This document shows positions 14,090 to 25,290 of a stretch of 64,000 nt of DNA, piece by piece. A model generated the notes under the pieces. That model was not told the DNA's origin and did no database searches. It saw only the letters and a list, made by a program, of their open reading frames with translations. The DNA lies in contig JAAOMT010000521.1 of the NCBI GenBank assembly GCA_016748015.1, positions 94,907 through 158,906 of the forward strand, written 5' to 3'. Position 1 is the stretch's first letter; the number at the start of each line of letters is the position of its first letter. The DNA comes from Geosiphon pyriformis uo1 (Eukaryota > Fungi > Glomeromycota). The translations under genes were made by a program, and so were the position numbers.

Positions 14090-15530
14090 TTGAAACAGTT
14101 AAAACAATTTTTGAAAAATGATACATCTGAGTTGACAGAGTTTATTAAAGAAGTATAAACTCACATTCATATTATCACTTTCAAATATATTTGCTATAGA
14201 ATATAACTCTCAAAATAAATTTTTATTTTATAAAGATGCAATTTTTAAGAAGTCTGACCTATTATGAAGTTTTATAGTGCCACAAAAACTCTAGAAAAAG
14301 ATAATTTTTAAGTTATTAAATACAAACTCCTAAAATATTAAAAAAGTTTGTCGGATTGCAACAAATGGTCGAAAGGACTACATACTTGTTTTAGAATATA
14401 CAAACAGAAAAACTATAAATAAATATCTTAAATCAAACTTCTCTAAAATGAAGGTTGTAAAAAAATTATGGCTTGCAAAAAAGCTAACCTGGGAGATTTT
14501 CTGCCTTCATAAAGAAATGTTATTCATAGAGATTGGTAAGTAAAAGATATATAATTAAAAAGCAGAAGATATTATTTAACTATTTGATTTTCGAATTCCC
14601 TAAAAAGAATTCTCAATATATACGAAATGAAAAATTTGATACATATGTACTGAAAAGGCTTTTATAAAAGCTATTAGGTAAACATTCTTTATTATTGAAA
14701 GTAACTCAAAAAAAAAACCAATTTAAAAACTTCTGCCAAATATGTTCAATTTTACACTGAATGTTGAAATAAATTACCACAAAGTTGCCCATCTATAATT
14801 GAAATAATTAATTGTCTTAACGAAATTGAATGGCAATTCAGTTTTTCTTTTTAAAAAAACATTGAATCTGAGAAAACATCCAGTAATTTCAATTATGAAA
14901 ACTCTTTAATATAATTAAAAAAACATTCAATATTATCAAAAAAAAGTTTGTTGCTTGATAATTATTTAAAAGTTGTTAACACAATAAAAAAATATCTTGA
15001 AAGCAATCAAAAAACACCTAAAAATATTTTGTTTATTTAAGTATTAACACTATAAAAAGCACTATTCACTATATTTTACTTGGGTTCTCTTTAGTATATA
15101 AAGTTAAAACAAAGCTTGAATTAATAAAAGTATTTCTAAAATTTTAGAAACAACAAATATCAAGAATTTTCTTAACCAATTTTTTTTAAATTATTGTTAT
15201 TTTAATAAAATTGGCACTCTTTAAGATAAAATTAAAGCATTTGAACTTTTTTTTAATAATAACAGAAGTGAATAATAAAAATATACAGCAGAATCTTGCA
15301 ATTTGTTATAATAATAGATAAGAAACAATAAAAAATAATAAAAAAACATAAAAACTTTATTTAAAAACAGCAAAAATAAGACATAAAAAAGCATAATAAT
15401 ATCTTAAATAGTGTTATCTAAATAGATAAAAAACAACAAAAAATAAGAAAAAGTATTTAAATTCTATTTAAAAACAACAAAGATAGCAGATTAAATACAC
15501 AATACCAACTTGTATTTTGTTAAAAAAAAA
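14090..15530 (+). pseudogene. Heavily eroded kinase + SEL1-repeat pseudogene
   Basis: LTEFIKE; YILVLEYTN..KYLKSNF; VIHRDL followed by gtaag donor; YTEC*NKLPQSCPSI; then KKYLESNQKTPKN..YILLGFSL..QFFLNYCY..KAFELF, homologous to the N-terminal domain and SEL1 repeats of the genes starting at 21678 and 32010. Confidence 0.75.
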
Positions 15531-16271
15531 ATTAATATGCAACAGAATATTTCGGAGACTATTAATTTTTATCAAAAAATTACAAAAACCAAAAAAATTT
15601 AGATTTTTTTAAAAATTACTTCGCCTGAATTTTGTCCAAATATTTAACATTCTGTTTTTAATTTTTTTTTAAATTTCTATAATCCAATCTTATAAGTTTG
15701 GAAGTTGGCCAAATCCCAAATAGTATATACCGAATCTAAATTCATAATACTATTATATAATTGTAATAATAAAATAAATACTAATTATACTACAATTGTA
15801 TACTATGTTTTAAACAAATAATGCATTTAATATAATTAAACATAAAAATAAATAAAAACTTTATTATTCTTTTTATGTTTTTATAATAACAACAAAATTG
15901 GTAACAAATTAATGTTTCAAAAATAATTAAGTTTTAAATTCATAATTTTAACAATAACATTTAAATATTCAAATATTTAATATTTATTTAAGACCAATAT
16001 TAAAATATATAATTTTTAATATTAATAACTAAATCTTTAAGATTTAAAATTATTCCACAATATTTTAAAGTCTTTATTTTATAATAAAAAACGATCTATA
16101 TTTAATGTTAAAATATATAAAAAAATAATAACAAAAAATTATATTTTAATAAACAAATTAATGAATATTGCACAATACAATAACAATTATAGTATATAGG
16201 ACATAAATTTATACAGATCTGACACAAACCAAACATATATTAAGCTATATCTTCCCAAAACGCAAAAAACC

Positions 16272-18249
16272 ATGGGGAGCATTGAAGATATTAAACAAGT
16301 ATTGAAGAAAGCTAAGACTGTGTATGAAAAATATCCCAAGAAACTAGAGAAGTTTATAGAGGGTGAGAAGGGAAATAGGTTATGAAAATTAAAGAAGGAT
16401 CTAAGAGAGAAGAAGGATGTAGACAAAAAGCAAAGGAAAAAGTAGGTAGAAGAAAAGGAAAAGTTGAAAGAAGCAAATGATTAAAAGTAGAAAAGAACGA
16501 GTGGAAAGTGCAGATGCAAAAACTACAAAATGCTTTGATGGAAATAACTAAGATAAGTAACAACTTTGTGACTTGTAACTCGGGTGTTGGGAACAGAGTT
16601 TATGACTTTAAGTACTGACTCTGACTTATGCATGTTGCATTCTTGCAACTTCAATATTGTTGAATGTTGTTTCACTTGCAGAATCAAATCTCCTCCAAAA
16701 AGACTACACAATGGTATTGTAATTTTTAACACAGATTTATACATCAATGTTGATAGCCCCCTGGTTTTTAACAATTTGAACAATAGAACCTGACAACACT
16801 AAGTTTATGTGTACAAACTTATTCAGCCATTCGATACTCTGCCAAACTCATGCTGGCCAGTTGCTAGACCTCATTAATACATCTCTTCTTGCAAAGCTTC
16901 CTGTGTGTTTATACTCGGACTTAGGAAAAGTATGACCTTAATATTTATATTAGCTGTTCTTAATCTATTCATAATTGACAATATTATCTTATTTTGACAA
17001 ATGCCAGTTTCGAGAACTTGATGACTGTATCTATTATGATGAAATAAATAGGGAGAATGAATTAGCATTTATGATCAAGCATATTCTCTCTGAGATGGGA
17101 TTTACCAAAATTCTAACCAAAGGAGATATAATTACACCCGTGGAGTTATTAACCATACATTATCTGGAATTCCTCTGCCATAACTCTGATTTTCGATTCG
17201 AATTTCCCAGTAATGCAACTGAGGTGTATGTATTATTTTGTGTGCTGTTTTTAGTGTTTATTAGTTTTTGTTTTCATGTCTAACTTTAACAACAACAAAA
17301 ATTTTAGACTTAATCTTCTTGGATATGTTAAGAATGTACTAGTAATAAAAAATAAAATAAAGTCTGCATGAAACAAGTTAGAAACTGCCAAAAAAAAACT
17401 CATATCCAAGTTTAGCAAACTCGATCTATTATATTTCAGTAATATTAAATTTTTTATTTTGTTATGTTGTAGCAAAAGACATTATTTGCTTTTTTGCAAT
17501 TGATGGTCGCAGCAAAACATTGGTTGCACTATCCACAGAACTTTACCTGAATGATGTCAATGCTCAATTCACAGTTCTCAAGATAATCATTAATACTGTG
17601 CGCATTTTTAAAGTAATCCTTTTCATTAAGCCACTACAACTCGGAAATTCTACAATTAATTTCTTTGAAGACTATGTCGAGAAAGTTGTATCGGCCAGTG
17701 AACTCTATGACTTTGAGGAGGAGAGCAATTGTGTTGATACATTAAAGCTCATGTACGAGCTTGCCAAAGATCATCATGGACTCGTTCAGGTCTTGAAAGG
17801 ACCAATCTTTGAAGCAGGTTGGCCAGGGAAATATATAATTGAACTGAAGACACGTGGCATTAAACGCCCACTGAAAGACTAGCAAACAACATGAGTAATG
17901 ACATGCAGTTTGCTTATAGAACTGAAGAGACTTCATCAATTTGGTTACATTCATTGTGACATTCTTTTATCAAATATTGTTTATGATTTGAATAATTTTA
18001 AAGAGTATGAATATGTTCTTATTGATTTTGAGCATGAAGATAAAACAAACAAAGAATTTGACATTTTATTAACAGACTGAGATGATGGCACATGTGATGA
18101 GAGTAATTCCTACACAACTCTTTCAGACATGTATCAATTAGGCAAGTTATTAATACAATGTTCTCCAATGATGGACAGGACTTTACAAGCAAATTAAAAA
18201 AAAGATGCTAGAAGCAGATGCAGCACTCCAAAACCCATGGATTGCTTAA
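16272..18249 (+). pseudogene. Crinkler-family-like (nuclease-like + kinase) gene with N-terminal coiled coil, pseudogene
   Basis: K/E-rich coiled coil from ATG 16272; LISKFSKLDLLYF..FFAIDG segment; C-terminal kinase LKRLHQFGYIHCDILLSNIV..VLIDFEH..SDMYQLGKLL..ALQNPWIA*. Multiple stops (e.g. 17880, 18078) and frameshifts. Confidence 0.7.
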
Positions 18250-19301
18250 TTTGAGTTATAAGTAATGTATTTGGTGACATGATCTTTATTTGTTAATGTA
18301 TGTATATGTAGCTTTAGAATGCTACAATATTATTGATAAAAATAAAATGGGAGTGAATGAAACTTTTCTGCATTCTTGATAAGTAAGTAATGTGTACAGT
18401 CTTATTATATTATTGAGAATTTCTTTGACAAAAGTGATAAAACTGGTTAAATTTAGAATTGATACATTATGGATGTTTAAAGAAAGGAATATGCTGGTTT
18501 CTAAACTCTTTGCTTAATGAGAATGACAGTTCCTTCCTGTTTACACATAAATCATGCACAAACATTTTTTTACAGTAGAAATTGGTAACCACTTATTCAA
18601 ACGAATTGATATCAATATTATATGTGATTGAAAATTTGTCTGGCATAAAGTAAATAATACTTTATTTTTACATGTGTATTTCTGGAATTTATGTGTTAAA
18701 ACACTTAGCTCTGCTTATTCTGGGGTATCGACTGTAGCAGTGCTGATGCAAATACAAACTCGTTGGAAAAATTTTTTTTCTAACATATTATCAAATAAAG
18801 CTTTAAAAAACCCTCTTCAATAGCAATTGATTCATATTTTATCTCTTATCCTTTGTCTTTTATCCAAATCATGGAAAACAAAAAATTAATAAAAAACGTC
18901 TATATGCTCATAATTACAGCAAGTGTGAATTTTGTCAAGAGAGTACTCAATAAATGTAGTGCCATATTTTTTAAAAAACTTTTCAAGTAGTTGATAAATA
19001 ATAATAATTATTGAAATATTTTTATAAGGTATATATTTGTATAAATTAATATATGATAAAACTTTAACCATATTAATTATAGTATTATTAAATTTCATAT
19101 TTCAATATAATAAAATATACTTTTATTTATTCATGAATTTATTACAAAATATTAAAATAATTTGAAAGTGCTTACTGATTTTGTCAAGTGTGTTTTTATT
19201 TGTATGACTGATGCTAATAGAAAAATCCAGATCTGGAAAAAAAGACGCTTAAATCAAAAAAATTCTTGACCATTAAATATGATAAATGAAAGTCTTACCA
19301 C

Positions 19302-20375
19302 TCATTGAACATGTAAAGGTCTTTCTCCCGATATAATTTTACATGAAATAATAGCAAAGCTGTATATATCGCTATACTTAGTATGAGAACCACCCTTGCA
19401 AATTTCGGGCGCGAGATACTCAAGAACACCATAAGTGTTTCCAGATTGTGGAGCGTCATCTGCAGGACGACAGAGTCCAAGATCAGAAATAACAATTTTT
19501 AAGGGGTTTNNNNNNNNNNNNNNNNNNNNNNNNNNNNNNNNNNNNNNNNNNNNNNNNNNNNNNNNNNNNNNNNNNNNNNNNNNNNNNNNNNNNNNNNNNN
19601 NNNNNNNNNNNNNNNNNNNNNNNNNNNNNNNNNNNNNNNNNNNNNNNNNNNNNNNNNNNNNNNNNNNNNNNNNNNNNNNNNNNNNNNNNNNNNNNNNNNN
19701 NNNNNNNNNNNNNNNNNNNNNNNNNNNNNNNNNNNNNNNNNNNNNNNNNNNNNNNNNNNNNNNNNNNNNNNNNNNNNNNNNNNNNNNNNNNNNNNNNNNN
19801 NNNNNNNNNNNNNNNNNNNNNNNNNNNNNNNNNNNNNNNNNNNNNNNNNNNNNNNNNNNNNNNNNNNNNNNNNNNNNNNNNNNNNNNNNNNNNNNNNNNN
19901 NNNNNNNNNNNNNNNNNNNNNNNNNNNNNNNNNNNNNNNNNNNNNNNNNNNNNNNNNNNNNNNNNGTATCACAAAATGGACATATAGGAGATCCATTAAT
20001 GATTATACCCAAGTTGCCACATTTAAAACACTTGAATTCATCTGAAAGCTGGTTAAAGAAAGCTTCAAAATCTAAAAATTCTCTGTTGAAATTATCAGGG
20101 TGTTTAAAGCCTCGATTTTGGAATCGTAAAATGATATATTCAAGATCGTCTTGGTCTTTTAAAGTAAGTTCATAGACATTGATATCAGTAATATTACTTC
20201 GATAACATAAGTTAATTACTCCCACTGCTTTTAAATAGAGTTCAAATGCTTTTTGGAGGTTTTTTGTGGTTTCCCATCCTTTTTGATAACACCATCCAAG
20301 GTTATATTGTGCATTTTGATTTCCTGCCTCTGCGGTTTTTAAATAGAATTGATATATTTCTTCATGATTTTTCAC
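19302..20375 (-). pseudogene. Frameshift-detached C-terminal part of the 21678 gene: last SEL1 repeat, CxxC..CxxC motif, TKL-type kinase (spans gap)
   Basis: AQYNLGWCYQKG; CFKCG..CPFCD; after the gap IVISDLGLCRP..YGVLEYLAPEI..YSDIYSFAII..GERP (kinase subdomains VII-X), ending early. Confidence 0.8.
19510..19965. other. Assembly gap (N run)
   Basis: Run of n characters. Confidence 0.98.
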
Positions 20376-20439
20376 TATTTCCCATCATTTCAATAATACG
20401 TTCTAATACTGGTTTGTGGATTCGGATTTCCCACTTTTT

Positions 20440-21678
20440 CTAGATCTTCCGTTGTTTCCAATCGATTTCGATGATATGCTCTAAGAGCGTATTGTGCTTT
20501 AAATGTCCTACCTCTGCAGCCTTTGAATAGAGTTCAAATGCTTTTTCCTCGTTTTTCGTCGTTCCCCATCCATTAGCATAACAAACTGCCAGATTATATT
20601 GTGCATTTAAATGTCCTGCCTCTGCAACTTTTGAATAAAGTTTGAATGCTTTTTTCTCGTTTTTCGTCGTTCCTTCTCCATTTTCATAACAAATTGCAAG
20701 ATTGTATTGTGCATTTAAATGTCCTGCCTCTGCAACTTTTGAATAAAGTTTGAATGCTTTTTTCTCTTTTTTTGTCGTTCCTTCTCCTTCATCATAACAA
20801 AGTGCAAGAGCGTATTGTGCATCTAAATGTCCCGCCTCTGCTGCTTTTGAATAGAGTTCGAATGCTTTATTTGAATTTTTTGTCGTTCCTTCTCCATTAG
20901 CATAACAAATTGCAAGAGCGTATTGTGCATCTAAATGTCCCACCTCTGCTGCTTTTGAATAAAGTTCAAATGCTTTTTCTGAAGTTCTCATCGTCCCTTC
21001 TCCTTCATCATAACAAAGTGCAAGACTGTATTGTGCATCTAAATGTCCTGCCTCTGCAGCTTTTGAATAGAGTTGAAATGCTTTTTTCTCATTTTTCGTC
21101 GTTCCTTCTCCATCTTGATAACAAATTGCAAGACTGTATTGCGCATCTAAATGTCCCGCCTCTGCTGCTATTGAATAGAGTTCAAATGCTTTTTCCTCGT
21201 TTTTCGTCGTTCCTTCTCCATTAGCATAACAAATTGCAAGAGCGTATTGTGCATCTAAATGTCCTACCTCTGCAGCTTTTGAATAGAGGTTAAATGCTTT
21301 TCCTCGATCTTTTGAAATACCAATTCCATTATTATGACAATGACCTAAGAAGAATTGTCCAAAGGAATCTTCTGCATTCGCTGCTTTCTGAAATTCTAAA
21401 AATGCTTTTGTCAAATTAGGAATAGTTCCAATCCCATGTTCTAAACAAAATCCGAGCAAGATATTGTCTATCGAACGCTTTGGACTTTTATTATTCAAGC
21501 AATTGAATAAGTCTTTAGGAGTTTTCTGATTGCGCACAAGATGATTTTTAACTAAGTCAGCAACTTTTGAATATTCACTAGCTGGAAAAATGGGCAAACT
21601 TTCATTGATGACTATGAATATTCCTTCAAACCAGTCGAGGGGTGAAGTTGGGTTTTCAATTGATGATTTTGAAGACAT
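20440..21678 (-). CDS. SEL1-like repeat protein (paralog 1): ~106-aa N-terminal domain + 8 conserved 36-aa repeats, frameshifted before its kinase
   Basis: ATG 21678 (MSSKSSIEN) matches the paralog start at 32010; repeats AQYxLAxCYxxGxGTxKNxxKAFxLYSKAAEAGHLD; 1-bp deletion (tta aa- gca) at ~20497 ends the repeat frame. Confidence 0.85.
   Translation of the reverse strand: MSSKSSIENPTSPLDWFEGIFIVINESLPIFPASEYSKVADLVKNHLVRNQKTPKDLFNCLNNKSPKRSIDNILLGFCLEHGIGTIPNLTKAFLEFQKAANAEDSFGQFFLGHCHNNGIGISKDRGKAFNLYSKAAEVGHLDAQYALAICYANGEGTTKNEEKAFELYSIAAEAGHLDAQYSLAICYQDGEGTTKNEKKAFQLYSKAAEAGHLDAQYSLALCYDEGEGTMRTSEKAFELYSKAAEVGHLDAQYALAICYANGEGTTKNSNKAFELYSKAAEAGHLDAQYALALCYDEGEGTTKKEKKAFKLYSKVAEAGHLNAQYNLAICYENGEGTTKNEKKAFKLYSKVAEAGHLNAQYNLAVCYANGWGTTKNEEKAFELYSKAAEVGHLKHNTLLEHIIEIDWKQRKI
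20495..21360 (-). repeat. Coding tandem array, 108-bp unit x8
   Basis: 108-bp periodicity of tattgtgcatctaaatgtcc. Confidence 0.95.
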
Positions 21679-23719
21679 GATTTTCAAGCAACACAAATAG
21701 ATTATTAAACCCTGAATGTTTTGTATGGGTAAAGAATTATTTTCAAGGCTAATAAATAAGGATTTCAAATTCCCGAAAAGGCTAAATTGTAAACGTTAGA
21801 AAGTTCTGAAAATGTATTTTGGCATTACTTTATCAAATAAAAAATAATTTGGCTCTAATGAAACAATCAGTAAGATTCGCTCAAAGAAAGAAATTTAAGT
21901 ATAATGAAATTTAAAATATAATTTCTCCAAATGTAAGTTCTGGAAATGGATAAAGTCTGAGAACGACTCGTTTCGCTGCTTCTTCTGTGAGCTCTTGTCT
22001 CTTAAGTCAAAGTATTTTAAATAAAAAATTGTTTAGCAAGACCGAGATATATTAAAAAAGTTTTGTAAAGCTATAAAAAATACTAGCGTCTCTTTTTAAT
22101 TGATATAATATTTAATGAAGTCGAATCAATTAGTTAGAATAGACTTTTTTTAAATTAATTATAATTCGAAGTCTACTAGCAAACTTTATTAACTTTAAAA
22201 AATACCTGTCTAATTAAGTTTTCAATGTATATATATTCACACTTAATTTTCTTAAAAACCCCAAATTATTGGTAAGATGGTTTAATAAGTGTCTTAGAAA
22301 CTAATGAATTCAGTTATGTATTGGGTTTGCTGACAAATAGACTTCTTTTTTCTAGGCATTTATTGAATCAATTTGCTGTAATCATTCTATCGCTGTTTAG
22401 CTCAAATATCTTGACGCAACAATTAGTCATAACTTTTTAAGAATTCAATAAAAACAATTAAAATGTTTCCTAATTAGAATTATTAAAATTAAAAAATTCG
22501 CTATTTTAAATTGAATTCCGAGATGCAAAATTTAAATTAAACTCTTGTGATTCATTTTTTGCTTTAGCTTAATAGAATATTTTTATTCAACAGAAGTTTA
22601 TATATTAACCAAAACCCGATTGCTAAAAATATAAAATTTAAATGAAAATTAGTTTCACTAAATGTTACCAATATTGTTTAAATATCAACTGCAATTTAAT
22701 ATACATCATTTGGCATTATTATCAATTAATCAATTTTGTTTATTTTAAAAAACAACAGCTATATAATAAATGAAACCTGGCTTAAAATTGTCAATAATTG
22801 CAATTATTAATTTCTTTTTTACTTTCAAGAAAATAGATAACCTAAATTTTTGATTTTAAATTTATAAAACAAAATAAACTATTAATATAATAATTGAGAG
22901 GTCTCTTTAAATTAAATTAAATTAAATCAATCAATCAATCACTTTTTTAAGAAAATTTTCTACTTTGTTAAAATTCATTTATTTAAGTATATATTAATTA
23001 ATACACAAATATTTAATTATTTACAACTTTCTCAAACAATAAATAGTTTAATAAATTTAAAATCTAAATATTAATCAACAATACCAGATAGAAATAAAAA
23101 AATATTCATCACAAAAAACTAGCTAAAAATTCCATATTATGATGTTTAAACTGTAAATATTAAGAATTTTATACATAAAACTTTTAAGACTATATAAGAT
23201 TTTATTGAGAATTTTTTTAAAGTCTACAATTATTTTCAAGGTATTCAAATTTTGTTTAAATGACAATAAATCATGTTTTGATATAAACAATAACAAAATA
23301 AACTTTTCAAAGAATGCTATTAAAAAATTTAAATACGTTAATACTCAATAATCTAAAAATTTTCATAAATTTATTATATAATAAGTACTAATTGCAATAA
23401 TTAATTGCTAAAATGTAAAATTAGTTGTATCAAACTTCATTTTGAAATTCTGTGTTAATACAAAAATCTCATAATTTAAAGCTTTTATTACAACTAAAAA
23501 AAAATTTCACTTTAAATAAAAACCATGGAAAAAAATTAAGCCTTGTTTTGTATATACAGCACTTAATTAAACAATCAAAAAAATAGCTTCCAGAATGTGC
23601 ATTTTTGTATAACAACAAATAATTTGATTAATTGAATGAAATTTTTGATTTAATTATTTCAGATTTAAAATTTTTAATTTCACCTTATTTTCATCAATAA
23701 TTACTTCATATTTTCTTCT

Positions 23720-24440
23720 TAAAAGACAATAGAAAACAGGTCCTTCAACACTGCTACACCATATCTCCAAACCACCATGTACATAATCACCTTTTGGTTC
23801 ACGAGAAATATTATTTTGTTATTTGATAACACAATAAAGAAATATTTTACATTTTACAAGATTGCGAATTCTTTGTTATCAATACAAGGCTAACCGAATG
23901 TAATTACTAATGGCCACAAGCTTTTAGAGGCTAAGTCAAGTTTCAAACGGAATGCAAGTAATTGTGCATAAACCTAAAAATAAAAAATCAGAAATTTAGT
24001 AAAGTATTTTAAAATTACAAGTTTTTCTGCAAAAAACCTTGCCTCCGCCCGAACCAAATTCAGAATTGTAATCCTGGGTAAAGTGGAGTTTTTTACAAAC
24101 TAGAATCACTAGAATATTATTTATCACTCCAAATAATATGATTATAATAAAATCTTGTGCTTATATTTGCTCCTGAAAGAATTTTTGGGTTTTGAAAGTC
24201 AATCATATTATTATTTGAATATAACTTACACCATATTCCTTTTTTCTGAAACATGATCTGTTTTTAGTAACAAAAAGCTTCTTTTGCTATTTTAACATAT
24301 TGATCTCTATTATTAACTCGGATTTATTTACTGATACTAACTATGAAGCCAAAAGTTGAATGGATTGCTGTTTGAAATTAATTGAGACAAATTATTATTA
24401 TCATCATTGAAGTTATGTGTTAGGAAATTATCATTAATCT
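23720..24440 (-). pseudogene. Class-3 lipase-like pseudogene fragment
   Basis: Minus strand VYAQLLAF..LVITFG*PCIDNKEFA (TFGQPRIGN motif) and DYVHGGLEIW, homologous to the lipase-like genes at 38-41 kb. Confidence 0.55.
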
Positions 24441-24529
24441 CACGATATCTAAACTCTGAAAAAGATTTCAATGAAAAGTCAAAAAATATTTTATCTTATG
24501 AAGATTAAAAATCATTTAATTCTTTTTAA

Positions 24530-25290
24530 AAGCAAAAACCATATCTGATCAAACAGTAATCTTCATTGCCACTTTTCTTTATAAAAATATTATATATTAC
24601 TATGGCTATTCCAAAGAACTTTTATTTAATAAAAAAAGAGTCTTTTTCAGTACATTGGTTGAAAAACTTTATAGAAAATTAGAATTATATTACAAACTTT
24701 TATCTTTATATTACTTTAATCTTCATATTACTTTTAAACAAATAGTCTAATAAAACATTTCAATAAAACACTATGTAAAATATTTGCTAAAACTAATAAA
24801 AAAAACAAACTTATATGACAAAATACAGTTTTTAGCTTTATTTGCCTATAGAACTGTAAATTATAATATAACAAATTATGAGCCCTTTTATCTGCTTTAT
24901 AGAAAAATAACAACCTTATCAATAGCAACTAATATTGAAACAATATTTTTTAAAAAAACCACAATAAAAAAGTACAAAAATACTTTGCAAAGAAGACTTG
25001 GCACAATTCTTGACTTTTTGATAAAGACACGAATAATTGTTTTTGAAAAGATAAAACTATTTCAAGAAAAACTCAAAAAAAAAAAACATATAAAACATTT
25101 TTTTTAAGTATTAATTATTTAATTTTAGAATACTACTTATACAAAAACAATATTTATGGAGATAAATTCTCTAACTAATAAAAAAACTCTCTATAGTCAA
25201 TAAAGTTTTGAATAATAGTTTTTATATTTTATAAGATTAATTTAGAACAATCTTTAATAATCGACTTGTATATAGTAAATGATTCAGAAA
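24530..25290 (+). mobile_element. Ty3/Gypsy integrase remnant
   Basis: IATFLYKNIIYYYGYSKELL; NSLIKHFNKTLCKI (NGLVERFNRTL); LALFAYRT..TNYEPFYLLYRK (ALFAYRT..T.Y.PF.LLYGR); strongly G>A eroded. Confidence 0.75.

Noticed and set aside
21679-21768. 30-aa N-terminal extension of the 442-aa ORF
   Set aside because: Begins at TTG; the paralog starts at the equivalent of ATG 21678.
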